Shown one piece after another: positions 7,287 to 17,120 of a stretch of 64,000 nt of DNA. This DNA is from an uncultured Gemmatimonadota bacterium (GTDB lineage Bacteria > JAAXHH01). Every line of letters begins with the position of its first letter. Positions within the stretch are counted from its first letter, which is position 1. The position numbers and the translations under genes are program-made. The DNA is taken from the NCBI GenBank assembly GCA_951812955.1, contig OX638340.1, positions 3,616,001-3,680,000 on the forward strand, in the 5' to 3' direction. A model generated the notes under the pieces. That model saw only the letters and a program-made list of their open reading frames with translations. It was not told where the DNA came from and did no database searches.

Positions 7287-8468
7287 ATGGCCGGAAAAAC
7301 CAACCTGTCCCGCAGAGACTTGCTGATCAAGGGAGGGCTCGCGACGGCCGGCATGGCGCTGCTGCCATCCCACGTACTGGCCCAGTTGGCCCAACTGGCG
7401 CGGGACGAGACGCCCGTGGACTGGATCGATGAATTCGGGCCGCCGCAAAGCCCCGATTTCGTCCTGCTGGACTGGAACGGACTCGAATCTTGGATTACGC
7501 CCGTAGACCAGTTCTTCTCGGCGAGCCACTATCCCGAGCCCACCGTGGCCGGAGAGGGCTACAGCCTGGAGGTTTCCGGCGCGGTAAGACAGAAGCTCAA
7601 TCTGAGCCTCGACGAAATCAAGTCCATGCCGAGCAAAGACGTTATCTTCACCCTCGAGTGCTCGGGTAACCGGGGCGTCCCCGTTTTCAGGGGCGGCGTG
7701 TACAACGCCCGGTGGACCGGCACGCCGCTGGCGCCGATCCTGGAACGGGCAGGGATGTGGGGGAACGGTATCGAGGTGGTTTTCTTCGGACACGATGAAG
7801 GGGTCGAGAACATCACGCCAATTCGAAGCGAACCGCTGGCGATGAAACAGAATTTCGCCCGGTCGCTGACCACGAAACAGGCGATGGATCCGGACATCCT
7901 GCTGGCCTATGAGGTTAACGGACAGACGCTGCCGCCGAAGCACGGATATCCCCTGCGGCTCATCGTACCCGGCTGGTACGGCATCACCCAGGTGAAGTGG
8001 CTGAAACGCATCGAGGTGCGCACTACCCGGTACATGGGCAGGTTCATTTCGCGGGATTACGTCACGGTCCGCGAGGAGACCCACAACGGGGAGACCGTAT
8101 GGCGCCAGGAATCTGTTGGAAAAGGCAGGATCAATTCCGTCACGGCACGGGTCACGCGGGTCGGTCCCCTGCACCGGATCTACGGCGCGGTATGGGGCGA
8201 ACCGCTCAGGGAGGTCCAGGTGCGCATCGATGACGGAGCATGGCAGACGGCCGAAATCATCGAGGGGCTGGACGCCGAACACGCCTGGAAGTTCTGGCGG
8301 TTGGACTGGGACAGGCCTTCAGCGGGCGAGCATACGATCACTTCACGGGGCGTAACGACGGGCGGCACGATACAGCCCGCGCCGGACGATCCCTACCTGG
8401 CCGGCAAGAAGACTTACTGGGAAAGTAACGGCCAGGTGACCCGGACTATTCAGATCTTCGAAAGCTAG
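7287..8468 (+). CDS. Sulfite-oxidase-family molybdopterin oxidoreductase (SorA/YedY-like), Tat-exported
   Basis: GGAGG lies 8 nt upstream. The Tat motif is SRRDLLIKGG. A Moco-Cys block FTLECSGNRG and YPLRLIVPGWYG are present, followed by a dimerisation-domain-like C-terminus. Confidence 0.75.
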   Translation: MAGKTNLSRRDLLIKGGLATAGMALLPSHVLAQLAQLARDETPVDWIDEFGPPQSPDFVLLDWNGLESWITPVDQFFSASHYPEPTVAGEGYSLEVSGAVRQKLNLSLDEIKSMPSKDVIFTLECSGNRGVPVFRGGVYNARWTGTPLAPILERAGMWGNGIEVVFFGHDEGVENITPIRSEPLAMKQNFARSLTTKQAMDPDILLAYEVNGQTLPPKHGYPLRLIVPGWYGITQVKWLKRIEVRTTRYMGRFISRDYVTVREETHNGETVWRQESVGKGRINSVTARVTRVGPLHRIYGAVWGEPLREVQVRIDDGAWQTAEIIEGLDAEHAWKFWRLDWDRPSAGEHTITSRGVTTGGTIQPAPDDPYLAGKKTYWESNGQVTRTIQIFES

Positions 8469-8485
8469 GGAACGAATCCCGATCC

Positions 8486-9598
8486 ATGGTCATCGATTCC
8501 CACGCTTACTGTTTTCCTCCGGGAGACGCGAAGGCCGGGTACGCGGACGCAGGTGAACACCTCCGTTGGATACAGGCCGAGCACGCGGTCCACCACCAGC
8601 CGGCCTGGCGGGTCCGTGACCGGGCCGCCGCGTCGTCAGATGCGATCGCTCCCGCTTCGCCCGGGGACTGGTCCACGCTTCCCGACGTGGATTTCCGCGT
8701 CGATCGGACCCATGGCCGGGTGGTGTGGACGATCGACGGCGAAGACTGCACCAAGCAGTTCTACCCGCCCCACCTGCGCAACCTGGAATACACCCCCGAC
8801 GGCCTGATCGCCGAGATGGACTATGCGGGCGTGGACGCCGCCCTGCTCCATACCAATCCCATGCTGAACCGGGACAGCGCGTTTCAGGCCGAATGTATCG
8901 CCGCATTTCCCGACCGGCTGTACTCCATGGCGCCCGTGGAAGAGTGGCGCATCGCGGCGGAACCGGACCGGGTGATCAATGAGATTGAACGGGCCGTGCG
9001 CGTTCGCGGGCTGCACGCCGTCAAGTTCAACGCCACGCTGGCATATCGCGAAAGTGACGAACGCTGGTGCGGTGGCGCCTACCGCCCCTTCTGGGATGCC
9101 GTGGCCACGCTGAAGGTCCCGGTTTTCTTTACCCTGGGCGCCGGACCCGTACTCGGCTACCACAGCGATCTGACGCAGGGCTACTTCAACGAACTCCGCG
9201 TGCTCATGGAATGGATGGACCGGTACCCGGATTCGGTCTGCAGTATCACCCACGGTTTCCCCTGGCGCATGTTTCTCGAAGGCGACCGTCTCGTCTTGCC
9301 TGAGGATCTGTGGAAACCCTACGAGAACCGCAATCTCAGCATGGAAGTCTGCTTTCCCGTGCGCATCGGCGACCTCTTCGACTTTCCCTACAGCGAGGCC
9401 CTACCGGCCCTGGAGGAGTTGGTTGGCCGGATCGGTAGCGACAGGCTGCTGTGGGGCACGGACATGCCCTTCCAGAACAGGTTCTGCACGTATCGGCAGT
9501 CCCGGGACTGGATCGAGAAGTACGCGGGTTTTCTCAGCGAAGCGGACCGTGCCGCGATTATGGGCGGCACCGCCGCGCGAATATTGGGTATTGCGTAG
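8486..9598 (+). CDS. Amidohydrolase-2 (metal-dependent hydrolase/decarboxylase) family protein
   Basis: The N-terminus is VIDSHAYCF and the C-terminus has LLWGTDMPF, matching the pattern of that family. Confidence 0.6.
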   Translation: MVIDSHAYCFPPGDAKAGYADAGEHLRWIQAEHAVHHQPAWRVRDRAAASSDAIAPASPGDWSTLPDVDFRVDRTHGRVVWTIDGEDCTKQFYPPHLRNLEYTPDGLIAEMDYAGVDAALLHTNPMLNRDSAFQAECIAAFPDRLYSMAPVEEWRIAAEPDRVINEIERAVRVRGLHAVKFNATLAYRESDERWCGGAYRPFWDAVATLKVPVFFTLGAGPVLGYHSDLTQGYFNELRVLMEWMDRYPDSVCSITHGFPWRMFLEGDRLVLPEDLWKPYENRNLSMEVCFPVRIGDLFDFPYSEALPALEELVGRIGSDRLLWGTDMPFQNRFCTYRQSRDWIEKYAGFLSEADRAAIMGGTAARILGIA

Positions 9599-9675
9599 CG
9601 AGCAGCTGACGCAGTGGGAATGTGACGTTCTCGAAAACTGTTAAAAGAATAGATAACTTTGTGATACTTTAAGTA

Positions 9676-9723
9676 CCCGGACCTGCACCCGCACCCGGCC
9701 CCGCACCCGGCCCCGAGCCCGCA
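9676..9723. repeat. GC-rich hexamer/dodecamer microsatellite (GCACCC/GGCCCC units) in the leader of the next gene
   Basis: The tract cccggacctgcacccgcacccggccccgcacccggccccgagcccgc is intergenic, 25 nt upstream of the 9748 start. Confidence 0.7.
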
Positions 9724-9747
9724 GGTTTACATAACCCGGAGGATTCC

Positions 9748-10734
9748 ATGCACGTCGGTACCCAGCAGTTTAGCACGGCGGACGAAGACCTGGAGTATCT
9801 CGCCCGCCACGGCGTCTTCAACAAGAACGAGAATAACATTACCTTCCACAGGGAATATGGATGGGACGTGGAGGAACTGGCGGCCAAGAAGGAGAAGTGC
9901 GCCCGGTTCGGCATCAACATGGAGATGGTGGCCCTGCCTATCGCCCAGTTCAACGTCGACGGCGGCCAGGTGCCCAATTACATGCTGGGGAAATACGAGG
10001 AAGGCGACAAGGAAATCGAACTGGTGTGCAACATGGTGCGCCAGGCCTCGGAAGCGGGCATCCCCGCGATCAAATACTACCTTTGCGAGATGGAGAACCA
10101 GCGCACCGAGAGCGATCCGCCCGGACGCGGAGGTTCGATCTACAGCACCTGGGACCTGGAGAAGGCGAAGGACCGGCCGCCGCGGTACGACGAACCCGTA
10201 ACGGCCGAGATGAATTGGGCCCGCATAACCTACTTCCTTGAACGGGTGATCCCCGTGGCGACCGAGTGCAAAGTCCGCATGGCCTGCCATCCCTGCGATC
10301 CGTGGCTGCCGCCCGGCTATCGCTGCGTGGACCGCGTGCTCGGCGGCTTCGACGGGTTCAAGCAATTCATTGAGATCTGTCCCAGTCCGTACCACGGCAT
10401 GAATCTATGCCTGGGTTGCATGGCTGAGAGTTCGCTCGACCCGCGCAACGAGGTGCCTGACATTATTCGATACCTGGGATCGCGGAACAAGATCTTCCTC
10501 TGCCATTTCCGAAACATCGTGGGCGGGAGGAACAAGTTCCAGGAAGTCTGGCCCGACGAGGGCGTCATGAACATGCACCGCAACATGCAAGCGCTCAAAG
10601 AAGTCGGCTACGATCACATGTGCGTGCCCGATCACGCGCCTGGGCACAAGGATCCGGACAGCTACCGGCAGGCCTTCGCCTACGAGTTCGGCTATATTCA
10701 GGCGATGATCCAGGCGGTGATGGACGAGGGGTAG
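9748..10734 (+). CDS. Mannonate-dehydratase (UxuA)-like / xylose-isomerase-like TIM-barrel protein
   Basis: GGAGG lies 6 nt upstream. The blocks IFLCHFRNIVG...FQEVWPDEGVMNM...LKEVGYDHMCVPDHAP resemble the UxuA C-terminal region. Confidence 0.55.
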   Translation: MHVGTQQFSTADEDLEYLARHGVFNKNENNITFHREYGWDVEELAAKKEKCARFGINMEMVALPIAQFNVDGGQVPNYMLGKYEEGDKEIELVCNMVRQASEAGIPAIKYYLCEMENQRTESDPPGRGGSIYSTWDLEKAKDRPPRYDEPVTAEMNWARITYFLERVIPVATECKVRMACHPCDPWLPPGYRCVDRVLGGFDGFKQFIEICPSPYHGMNLCLGCMAESSLDPRNEVPDIIRYLGSRNKIFLCHFRNIVGGRNKFQEVWPDEGVMNMHRNMQALKEVGYDHMCVPDHAPGHKDPDSYRQAFAYEFGYIQAMIQAVMDEG

Positions 10735-10813
10735 GGTGCTGTTTGGCCTGGCGCGGGCAATCGACATGAAGTGAGCCAAATTGCATGGCGGTCCTGTCTT
10801 CGACACGCCACGT

Positions 10814-12592
10814 TCAAATCTGCCACTCGATCAGTTGCTGGTCCTGTTTAAGGCGTGCACGCTGATGCTGGGCGGCAATGAAGATGTCTTCCAACCCGGG
10901 CGTATCGACTTCGAGCCCCGGCAGGGAGTACCGCGCTTCCATGAGAAACCGGTCCTCCTGCGGCGATTGGATCCATGCGTGCCGCCACCACTCCAACATG
11001 CGGCCTCTCGCGTCAGCCATGGCGATGGAGGAGGGCAGCCGGTCGCTCTTTCTGAGGTTGATGTTGCCGCGGGCCGGCAGCAGGTTCCAGAGATCGTTGT
11101 TGCGCCAGCGCGCCCACGGAAAACAGTGGTCGATGTGCGGAGCGGTTCGAATGCGCGACGCAGACCATACGCAGGTAAGCGCGAATCCGTCATCGCGCAA
11201 CTGCTTCGCCCGTTCCAGGGCAACGCTGGTGTCGTAGCGGCTCTCGGTCCATTCGAACGGGTCGTTTGATACCGTTTCAGCCCCGCGATCCCGAACCACA
11301 GCGGCAGATTGATCGGTGGGGGTCGTCCACCGCGCGGTGTTGCGCAGGCTTGCCGAGTCATCCCAATTTGTAGTCAGTTGCCGCCATTCCCTTACGATGA
11401 CCGGCTCCAGCCAGCAGGCGAACTGACCGAGTGACTGCCATAGCAATGCGGGAATCCTGAGGCGACCGAACTGCGTCAGATATTCGCGGGAGAGAACGAT
11501 GGGCCGGGCGGTCGCCTGCGCCCTGGTATATCCTGATTCGAACAACTGCCGGTTGCCGGAAGCTGGATAGGTGATGTAGCGTACAGGCATCCGCTCGATG
11601 TTTACGCAGGCGTCGTTTATAGCATGGGTAAGGATGACGGCCCGGTCCGAATCAAACCTGGCACCCAGCCGAAGGTCGGAAGGCGAGACGTTCCCGAGAC
11701 GGTAGAACGCATCCTTTGCCCAGCCGTATCCGCCCGGTCCCGATGGGCGTTGCGGCAGACGATGATGCAGGACCAGGGGAAGGTATTGCTTCAACCAGTA
11801 CAGACCGACAGCGCCGAAGGGGATTTCTACGTAGTCGTCCGTACGATTGATGACTAACCCCGGCGCCGTTTCAGCGAGTCGTACCAGGATCCGAAGCAGC
11901 CCCAGCTTGTAGGTCGAGGACTTGTTGTCATTCACGATCACGTGGCGCAGCAGCGGCAGGCTGCCGGTGCCATCGTCCGGCATAGAGAAAACCAGCGTTT
12001 CCCAATGTATGCCGGGTCGCGTCAGGTCCGGCTGCGTCGAGTGGTTGCGCAGCGCGATGGCTCGGCGGTTGGCAAAACCGATAAGTTCCTCTGCCGAAGT
12101 GTCATGAAATCCCCGGGCGACATTTTCCGCGGCATCTCCGCCGCGTCGCAGCGTGAATACCAGCAGTCCGGATGGATTGAGCAGCTCGGAAAGGATGCGG
12201 AAGGCCCGTTCCCGGACATTCTGCGCCACGTGCATCCACACAGCGCTCAGTAGAATCAGGTCGAACCGCCGACCGAGCGCACGCAGAACCCTTAGATCCG
12301 GTAGGGCATCATCCATCCAAACCACGCCTGGGTGGGAGCGTTCCGCAGCGAGGTTCCGCAACGCGCTCGGTTCCACTGCCACGACTTCCCATCCTCTGGC
12401 CGCGAGCCAGTTGGCATCGCGTCCCGAACCGGCGCCGATGTCGCAGGCGAATCCAGGTTCTTCACGCAGGTGGGTCGGAGCCCAGTCTTCATGGACGTCT
12501 GCAGCATCGACTCCGTCATACTGGGCGAAGAGAGCATCTGAATTGAGGTCGTAGTATCTGGTGCTGTTCATGCGGATAGGCAAGACTGGCAC
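10814..12592 (-). CDS. Fusion protein: class I SAM-dependent methyltransferase (N-terminus), uncharacterised middle region, HNH (His-Me finger) nuclease (C-terminus)
   Basis: The SAM motif I is ACDIGAGSGRDANWLAARGWEVVAVE, followed by LILLSAVWMH. The middle contains NKSSTYKLGLLRILVRL. The HNH core is HIDHCFPWARWRNNDLWNLLPARGNINLRKSD. Confidence 0.7.
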   Translation of the reverse strand: MPVLPIRMNSTRYYDLNSDALFAQYDGVDAADVHEDWAPTHLREEPGFACDIGAGSGRDANWLAARGWEVVAVEPSALRNLAAERSHPGVVWMDDALPDLRVLRALGRRFDLILLSAVWMHVAQNVRERAFRILSELLNPSGLLVFTLRRGGDAAENVARGFHDTSAEELIGFANRRAIALRNHSTQPDLTRPGIHWETLVFSMPDDGTGSLPLLRHVIVNDNKSSTYKLGLLRILVRLAETAPGLVINRTDDYVEIPFGAVGLYWLKQYLPLVLHHRLPQRPSGPGGYGWAKDAFYRLGNVSPSDLRLGARFDSDRAVILTHAINDACVNIERMPVRYITYPASGNRQLFESGYTRAQATARPIVLSREYLTQFGRLRIPALLWQSLGQFACWLEPVIVREWRQLTTNWDDSASLRNTARWTTPTDQSAAVVRDRGAETVSNDPFEWTESRYDTSVALERAKQLRDDGFALTCVWSASRIRTAPHIDHCFPWARWRNNDLWNLLPARGNINLRKSDRLPSSIAMADARGRMLEWWRHAWIQSPQEDRFLMEARYSLPGLEVDTPGLEDIFIAAQHQRARLKQDQQLIEWQI

Positions 12593-12866
12593 GGGTAGCC
12601 AGAATAGGCGTGCTTAGACAGATAAGCGTTTTCCCGCTTCATGCGGGCGGGCATTGATTCTTGCGGGTATCCTGCGCACGTACATGATAAAGGCGGGAAA
12701 ACGGTTGAATATCCCATGTCGAAGTCATTATCTATGATCATGCCATATTAGTCGGAAAACGGTAGATGTCAAGCAATCCAATGCGTCTGCTAACCGCGAC
12801 TGTCGCTTGTGTTTGCCTGCAGCGATGGCCTGACGTGTTCTGTGTACGCGCCAATCCCGACAGGAG

Positions 12867-13670
12867 ATGACTGTGATCTCAAAACGCATACTGCCCGGCG
12901 AGCGTCTCGACGACGCCTGGATGGAAGAAATACTCACGGACTTTTACAGGGACGGTTTCGCCCTTATACCGGGTGTGTTGACCCGGGATGAAATCGATGC
13001 CCTCCGCGAGGTGACGGACCGCTGCTTCAACGATCCCGTGCTGGCCGGCACTGATTACCTGAGCGGGCAGGGGGACGGATTCGTGCTCCGCAATACATTG
13101 GAACTGGACGCCGTATTCGTGGACATGCTGATTCGGGAGCCGATCCTGAGTCTGGCTGAAGCCGTCGTGGGAGAGGACTGTAAGTTCTGCGGGCAGAACG
13201 TGATCCGGAACGCGCCGGGCCAGGCCATTTCGCTGTGGCACGTGGACGACCGGGTGGAGTTCCCGTTGCCGGAAGACGTGCACCGCCACGACCCCCGCAT
13301 CCGCATGCCGGTGCAGTGGTTCACCATCCAGATGGCCCTGACAGATATCGATTCGGTGGAGGATGGTCCTACGCAGTTCGTGCCGGGCAGCCAGTATTCC
13401 GGCAGAGATCCCAACAGCCAGGAAAATCCGGAGTTCGAAGGCAGAGGACCGGTCTCTGCGTTATGCAAGGCGGGCGACGTCTACCTGCAGAACAACCAGT
13501 GCTGGCACCGGGGAGCGCCCGTCACATCGGATCAGATGCGCTATGTCTTCCAGTCCCAGTACGCCGCCCGTTGGGCCCACAGGCGGTTCAACGAGTATAA
13601 CCACGTACCTGTGCCGCCCACGGTTCTAAGCCGGGCCTCGGACAGGCTGCGTGGGGTGCTGGGTGCGTGA
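12867..13670 (+). CDS. PhyH-family Fe(II)/2OG dioxygenase (paralog 1)
   Basis: It has WHVDD (HxD), ALTDIDSVEDGPTQFVPGS and a distal CWHRG. A GTG at 12873 has better SD spacing (GGAG + 6 nt). Confidence 0.8.
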   Translation: MTVISKRILPGERLDDAWMEEILTDFYRDGFALIPGVLTRDEIDALREVTDRCFNDPVLAGTDYLSGQGDGFVLRNTLELDAVFVDMLIREPILSLAEAVVGEDCKFCGQNVIRNAPGQAISLWHVDDRVEFPLPEDVHRHDPRIRMPVQWFTIQMALTDIDSVEDGPTQFVPGSQYSGRDPNSQENPEFEGRGPVSALCKAGDVYLQNNQCWHRGAPVTSDQMRYVFQSQYAARWAHRRFNEYNHVPVPPTVLSRASDRLRGVLGA

Positions 13671-13760
13671 CGACATGTGCTCAGGTCGGCTTGGCTATTT
13701 AACGGGGCATCCGGCCGATTGCGCAGGCCGGTACCTGGCATGGCCTGATGTACGTCTTGA

Positions 13761-14966
13761 TTAGTGCACGATAGTATCGAACCGCGCGGGCAGCGCCACC
13801 TCGAGCAGCTCGAGGTCGTCGGAGCGGTCCGTGAGGGACGTTTTCGTGTGCGGCGGAATCACGTAGGCGTCTCCCGCCTCCAGCCGGTGTGCGCCCTGGT
13901 CATCCCCGTTCAGGGTCACCTCGCCTTCCATGACGAAGGTGAAGAGGATATCGCCAGTGTGGCTCGTGACCTGTTCCGCGCCTGACGGGCTTCCCTGTTC
14001 GCCTCCTCCGCCGGGGCCTGCGTATTCGCCGCTGATCGTGCCTCCTTGCGCGGAGCCATTCGAGCCGCTGTTCGCACGTGCGACCTGCACCGATGCTACG
14101 CCGCCCGTCGCCTCGCCGATCCCTGTTTCCCGGGCTTCGAATCCCGCTAGTCTCCAGGGTTTCCAGACCGCGTCTTTGAGCTGATGGCGGCAGAATGTCT
14201 GACCGCCGAAGACACGATCGGGGTTCAGCACTCCTGTCGGCAACTCGACCTCGTGGTCGATGGTGGTCACGTGGTCCGCGGGCACGCCGATTTCGATCAC
14301 CTGCAGGTTGTCGGAAGATTCGAGCACGCGATGCCGGATTTCCGGGGGTTGGATCACGCAGTCCCCCGCCTTGAGCATGAAAGGTGGCCCCTGGTCCTCG
14401 TAGACGAGCTTCACCTCGCCACGGTAACAGAAGATCAACTGGAATCCCACCGTATGATAGTGTACAACGTCGGGAACGGGACCGGCGTCGGGGATCCGGA
14501 TGTGGGAAGCAATGATGCTCCCACCCAGGCGGCCGGGCACCAGGTCGCGGTAGTGCATGCCGGCACGGCCGATTACCCAGGGCGTGTTGTCCTTCAGCCT
14601 CCGCACGAGGAAGGCGTGCTCCGTCGGCGGGATTTCCAGCGGCGGATCGGCCCGCACGATCTCGACCCGTGTGCCGTTCGGCGCGGTGAGTTCGGTCCGG
14701 CCGCCGGCCAGAACCGCCGGATCTCGACACAGGATTCGTATTGTGCCCGGCGGTTCGGACGCGCCCTGCTCCAGCCGGATGGTGAGCCCGTGGCCGGAAA
14801 GTACGGAAACTGACGGGTAGTCGGCGGGGTAGATCTTGTCCATACGGAAACCCAGGGTCTTCATGAAGAAGGCCAGGTCCGCGGACAAGTCCGAGGTCGG
14901 CAGCCGGATCTCGGCGCCCTGGATATTGTCCTCGCGGTTGGTCTGCTTGTCGTCATGCAATTGCAT
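13761..14966 (-). CDS. VOC/glyoxalase-like N-domain plus two cupin domains
   Basis: I chose the start at ATG 14966 (AAGGGAG 8 nt upstream, 13 nt after the upstream stop) rather than 15005. There are two cupin cores: DVVHYHTVGFQLIFCYRGE... and GDILFTFVMEGEVTL... Confidence 0.5.
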   Translation of the reverse strand: MQLHDDKQTNREDNIQGAEIRLPTSDLSADLAFFMKTLGFRMDKIYPADYPSVSVLSGHGLTIRLEQGASEPPGTIRILCRDPAVLAGGRTELTAPNGTRVEIVRADPPLEIPPTEHAFLVRRLKDNTPWVIGRAGMHYRDLVPGRLGGSIIASHIRIPDAGPVPDVVHYHTVGFQLIFCYRGEVKLVYEDQGPPFMLKAGDCVIQPPEIRHRVLESSDNLQVIEIGVPADHVTTIDHEVELPTGVLNPDRVFGGQTFCRHQLKDAVWKPWRLAGFEARETGIGEATGGVASVQVARANSGSNGSAQGGTISGEYAGPGGGGEQGSPSGAEQVTSHTGDILFTFVMEGEVTLNGDDQGAHRLEAGDAYVIPPHTKTSLTDRSDDLELLEVALPARFDTIVH

Positions 14967-14979
14967 ATCGCCAGCTCCC

Positions 14980-16101
14980 TTATCCTTCGAAACGATACTT
15001 CTCAACGACGTCCATGTTCAGCTCCGTACCCAGTCCGGGTTTCACGGGGAGCCGGAAATAGCCGCTTTCCACGACCGGCGGATCGGTCAGCAGGTCGTCG
15101 CGCCAGGGCGCGTCCCATTTTTCGTCCACGAACTCCAGCACCAGTGCGTTTGGGATATTGGCCATGACGTGAAGGCTCGCCGTCGTGGACACGGCGCTGT
15201 TCGGATTATGGGGCGAGACCTGCATGTAGTAGCTTTCCGCCATGGCGGCGATCTTCTTGGTCTCCATGATGCCGCCCGTGCGCACAACGTCGGGCATGAT
15301 CATGTCCACCGCCTGGGCGGCGATCAGGTCCCGGAAGCCGAAGCGCGTATACCGTCGTTCGCCCACGCAAACGGGCACGTTGACGGACGCGGTCACCCGG
15401 GCCAGGGCGTCGATGTTCTCCGGGTGGACCGGCTCCTCGTAGAACAGCAGGCCGATTTCCTCGAGCCGGTTGCCGATGCGGATCGCGGCGCTCGTGGTGT
15501 ACCGGCATCCCACGTCGGTACAGAGGTCCACCCCGTCGCCCACGGCCTCGCGGCACCGGCGCATGTGTTCCAGGGCCATCTTCTCTTCCTTCAGCGTGAC
15601 AGAGCGAGGCGAGTCAATGCGTTCCCCTTTGACCAGCGGATCCGAGGGGAAGTACGCCTTGATGGCGGTAACGCCCTTGGCGGCCAGTTCTGCGCACTCC
15701 TCCGGGTCGGAGGCATGGCTGTAGAACCGAATGCGGTTGCGGCACGGTCCGCCGATGAGATTGTAGATGGGCTGACCGGTGACCTTGCCCACGATGTCCC
15801 AGAGGGCGATCTCGATGCCGCTGATCGCCGCGATGACCGTACCAGTCTGCCCGATCTGCTCCAGGGCGTAGTACATACGGTGGTACAGGTACTCTATGTG
15901 GAACGGATCCTCGCCGATGATGAGCTTGCTCAGTTCGTCCACGGACTGTGCGATGATGGTGCCGCCCGGCCAGTTCGTCGCGTCCCCCAGGCCCACGACC
16001 CCCTCGTCCGTGTAGACCTGCACGAAGACCCACGGCGAGCCGATGTCCGTCGATTTGCGCCAGGACTCCACCAGGTGCACTTTCACATCGGTGATTTTCA
16101 T
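14980..16101 (-). CDS. Enolase-superfamily (mandelate racemase/muconate-lactonizing type) sugar-acid dehydratase-like enzyme
   Basis: MKITDVKVHLV...VFVQVYTDEGVVGLGDAT...AISGIEIALWDIVGKVTGQPIYNLIGG is the classic N-terminal capping-domain pattern. Confidence 0.85.
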   Translation of the reverse strand: MKITDVKVHLVESWRKSTDIGSPWVFVQVYTDEGVVGLGDATNWPGGTIIAQSVDELSKLIIGEDPFHIEYLYHRMYYALEQIGQTGTVIAAISGIEIALWDIVGKVTGQPIYNLIGGPCRNRIRFYSHASDPEECAELAAKGVTAIKAYFPSDPLVKGERIDSPRSVTLKEEKMALEHMRRCREAVGDGVDLCTDVGCRYTTSAAIRIGNRLEEIGLLFYEEPVHPENIDALARVTASVNVPVCVGERRYTRFGFRDLIAAQAVDMIMPDVVRTGGIMETKKIAAMAESYYMQVSPHNPNSAVSTTASLHVMANIPNALVLEFVDEKWDAPWRDDLLTDPPVVESGYFRLPVKPGLGTELNMDVVEKYRFEG

Positions 16102-16215
16102 GAGATGCCTTTGGACTCTTTCATACAGATTCCGGCCGATTTCGTCGCTGGGCGCGCCAGATCATCTCTCCTGACAGACCGCATCGTGCCCGAATTCGAT
16201 GTCAGCCTGCTGGCT

Positions 16216-17094
16216 TCAGTCCCGTCGCAGGTTGCTGAACTCCGGTTTCGGACCGCCCTCTTCACGGTCCCACTGCCACAGTTCCGTGTAGGGCGACTGG
16301 GCGTGGAAACCGAAGATGACCGGTCCGTCTTCGCCCGCCCGTTCGAGCACGTCCGGATTGACCACGCGGGGCATCTCGTACTCGCAACGGGTCCAACGCC
16401 TCCGCCAGGGGCTCAACACCGCATAGCGCGGCTGGTCGGTCTGGTTCTTCGTCGTACCATGCCAGGTATTCACGTCGAAGAGCACGAGCGATCCTTCCGG
16501 GGCGACGGCAGTCCGGGCGTTGCCATAGGCCGAATCGGGCACGTCGAGGTACTCGTACCGGTGGCTGCCCGGGACGAACTCCGTCGCGCCGTTGGTCTCG
16601 GTAAAGGGGCTCAGGCAGAAGATCGTGTTCAAGGCGATCGAGTGGCTCGTGATCCGCCGGCCCTCGTCGGCATCGGGCATGGATGCGTCCCGGTTGTGAC
16701 CGGTGATACCGCTGTCGGAATGCAGCCCGTGTCCGCCTTCACCGGGCATCACCACCGATCCGTACACGGCGCTCAAAAGCGCGTCGGGGCCCAGGAAGTG
16801 TCTCGTCAGCCTCAGATGGTCGGGAAGCTGGTAGAACCGTTCGAACACCCGCGCCTTGTTGAAGAGCCATTCGAAACTGCCCCGCTCGCGGTTGGGGTAA
16901 CGTGTTTCGAGTTCCCTTCGCGCTTCCGCGCATTCCTCTGCCGTCAACTGGTCCGTCAGGATGGTGTATCCCTCAACCTTCAGGTCCAGCACGTGGGCTT
17001 GAAAGGATTCGTCTGTCATAGGTTGATTCCGGCTCTCATGTGATGCTTGTTCGACCAGCGCAGGGTTTGGCGGATCAACGGCCGGTATGGCCAT
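16216..17094 (-). CDS. PhyH-family dioxygenase (paralog 2)
   Basis: It has GLHSDSG (HxD), CLSPFTETNGATEFVPGSH and a distal NTWHGTTKN. The start is uncertain (17094 or ATG 17019). Confidence 0.75.
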   Translation of the reverse strand: MAIPAVDPPNPALVEQASHESRNQPMTDESFQAHVLDLKVEGYTILTDQLTAEECAEARRELETRYPNRERGSFEWLFNKARVFERFYQLPDHLRLTRHFLGPDALLSAVYGSVVMPGEGGHGLHSDSGITGHNRDASMPDADEGRRITSHSIALNTIFCLSPFTETNGATEFVPGSHRYEYLDVPDSAYGNARTAVAPEGSLVLFDVNTWHGTTKNQTDQPRYAVLSPWRRRWTRCEYEMPRVVNPDVLERAGEDGPVIFGFHAQSPYTELWQWDREEGGPKPEFSNLRRD

Positions 17095-17120
17095 CGCCCG
17101 GTCCGCGGCGTCCGCTCGAA

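Noticed and set aside
14836-17043. 735-aa plus-strand ORF spanning the region antisense to three minus-strand genes
   Set aside because: Its composition is rich in R, G, H, D, P and V, with no recognisable domain. It lies exactly opposite well-supported genes (bicupin, enolase-superfamily, PhyH). It is a typical stop-poor shadow frame of high-G+C DNA.
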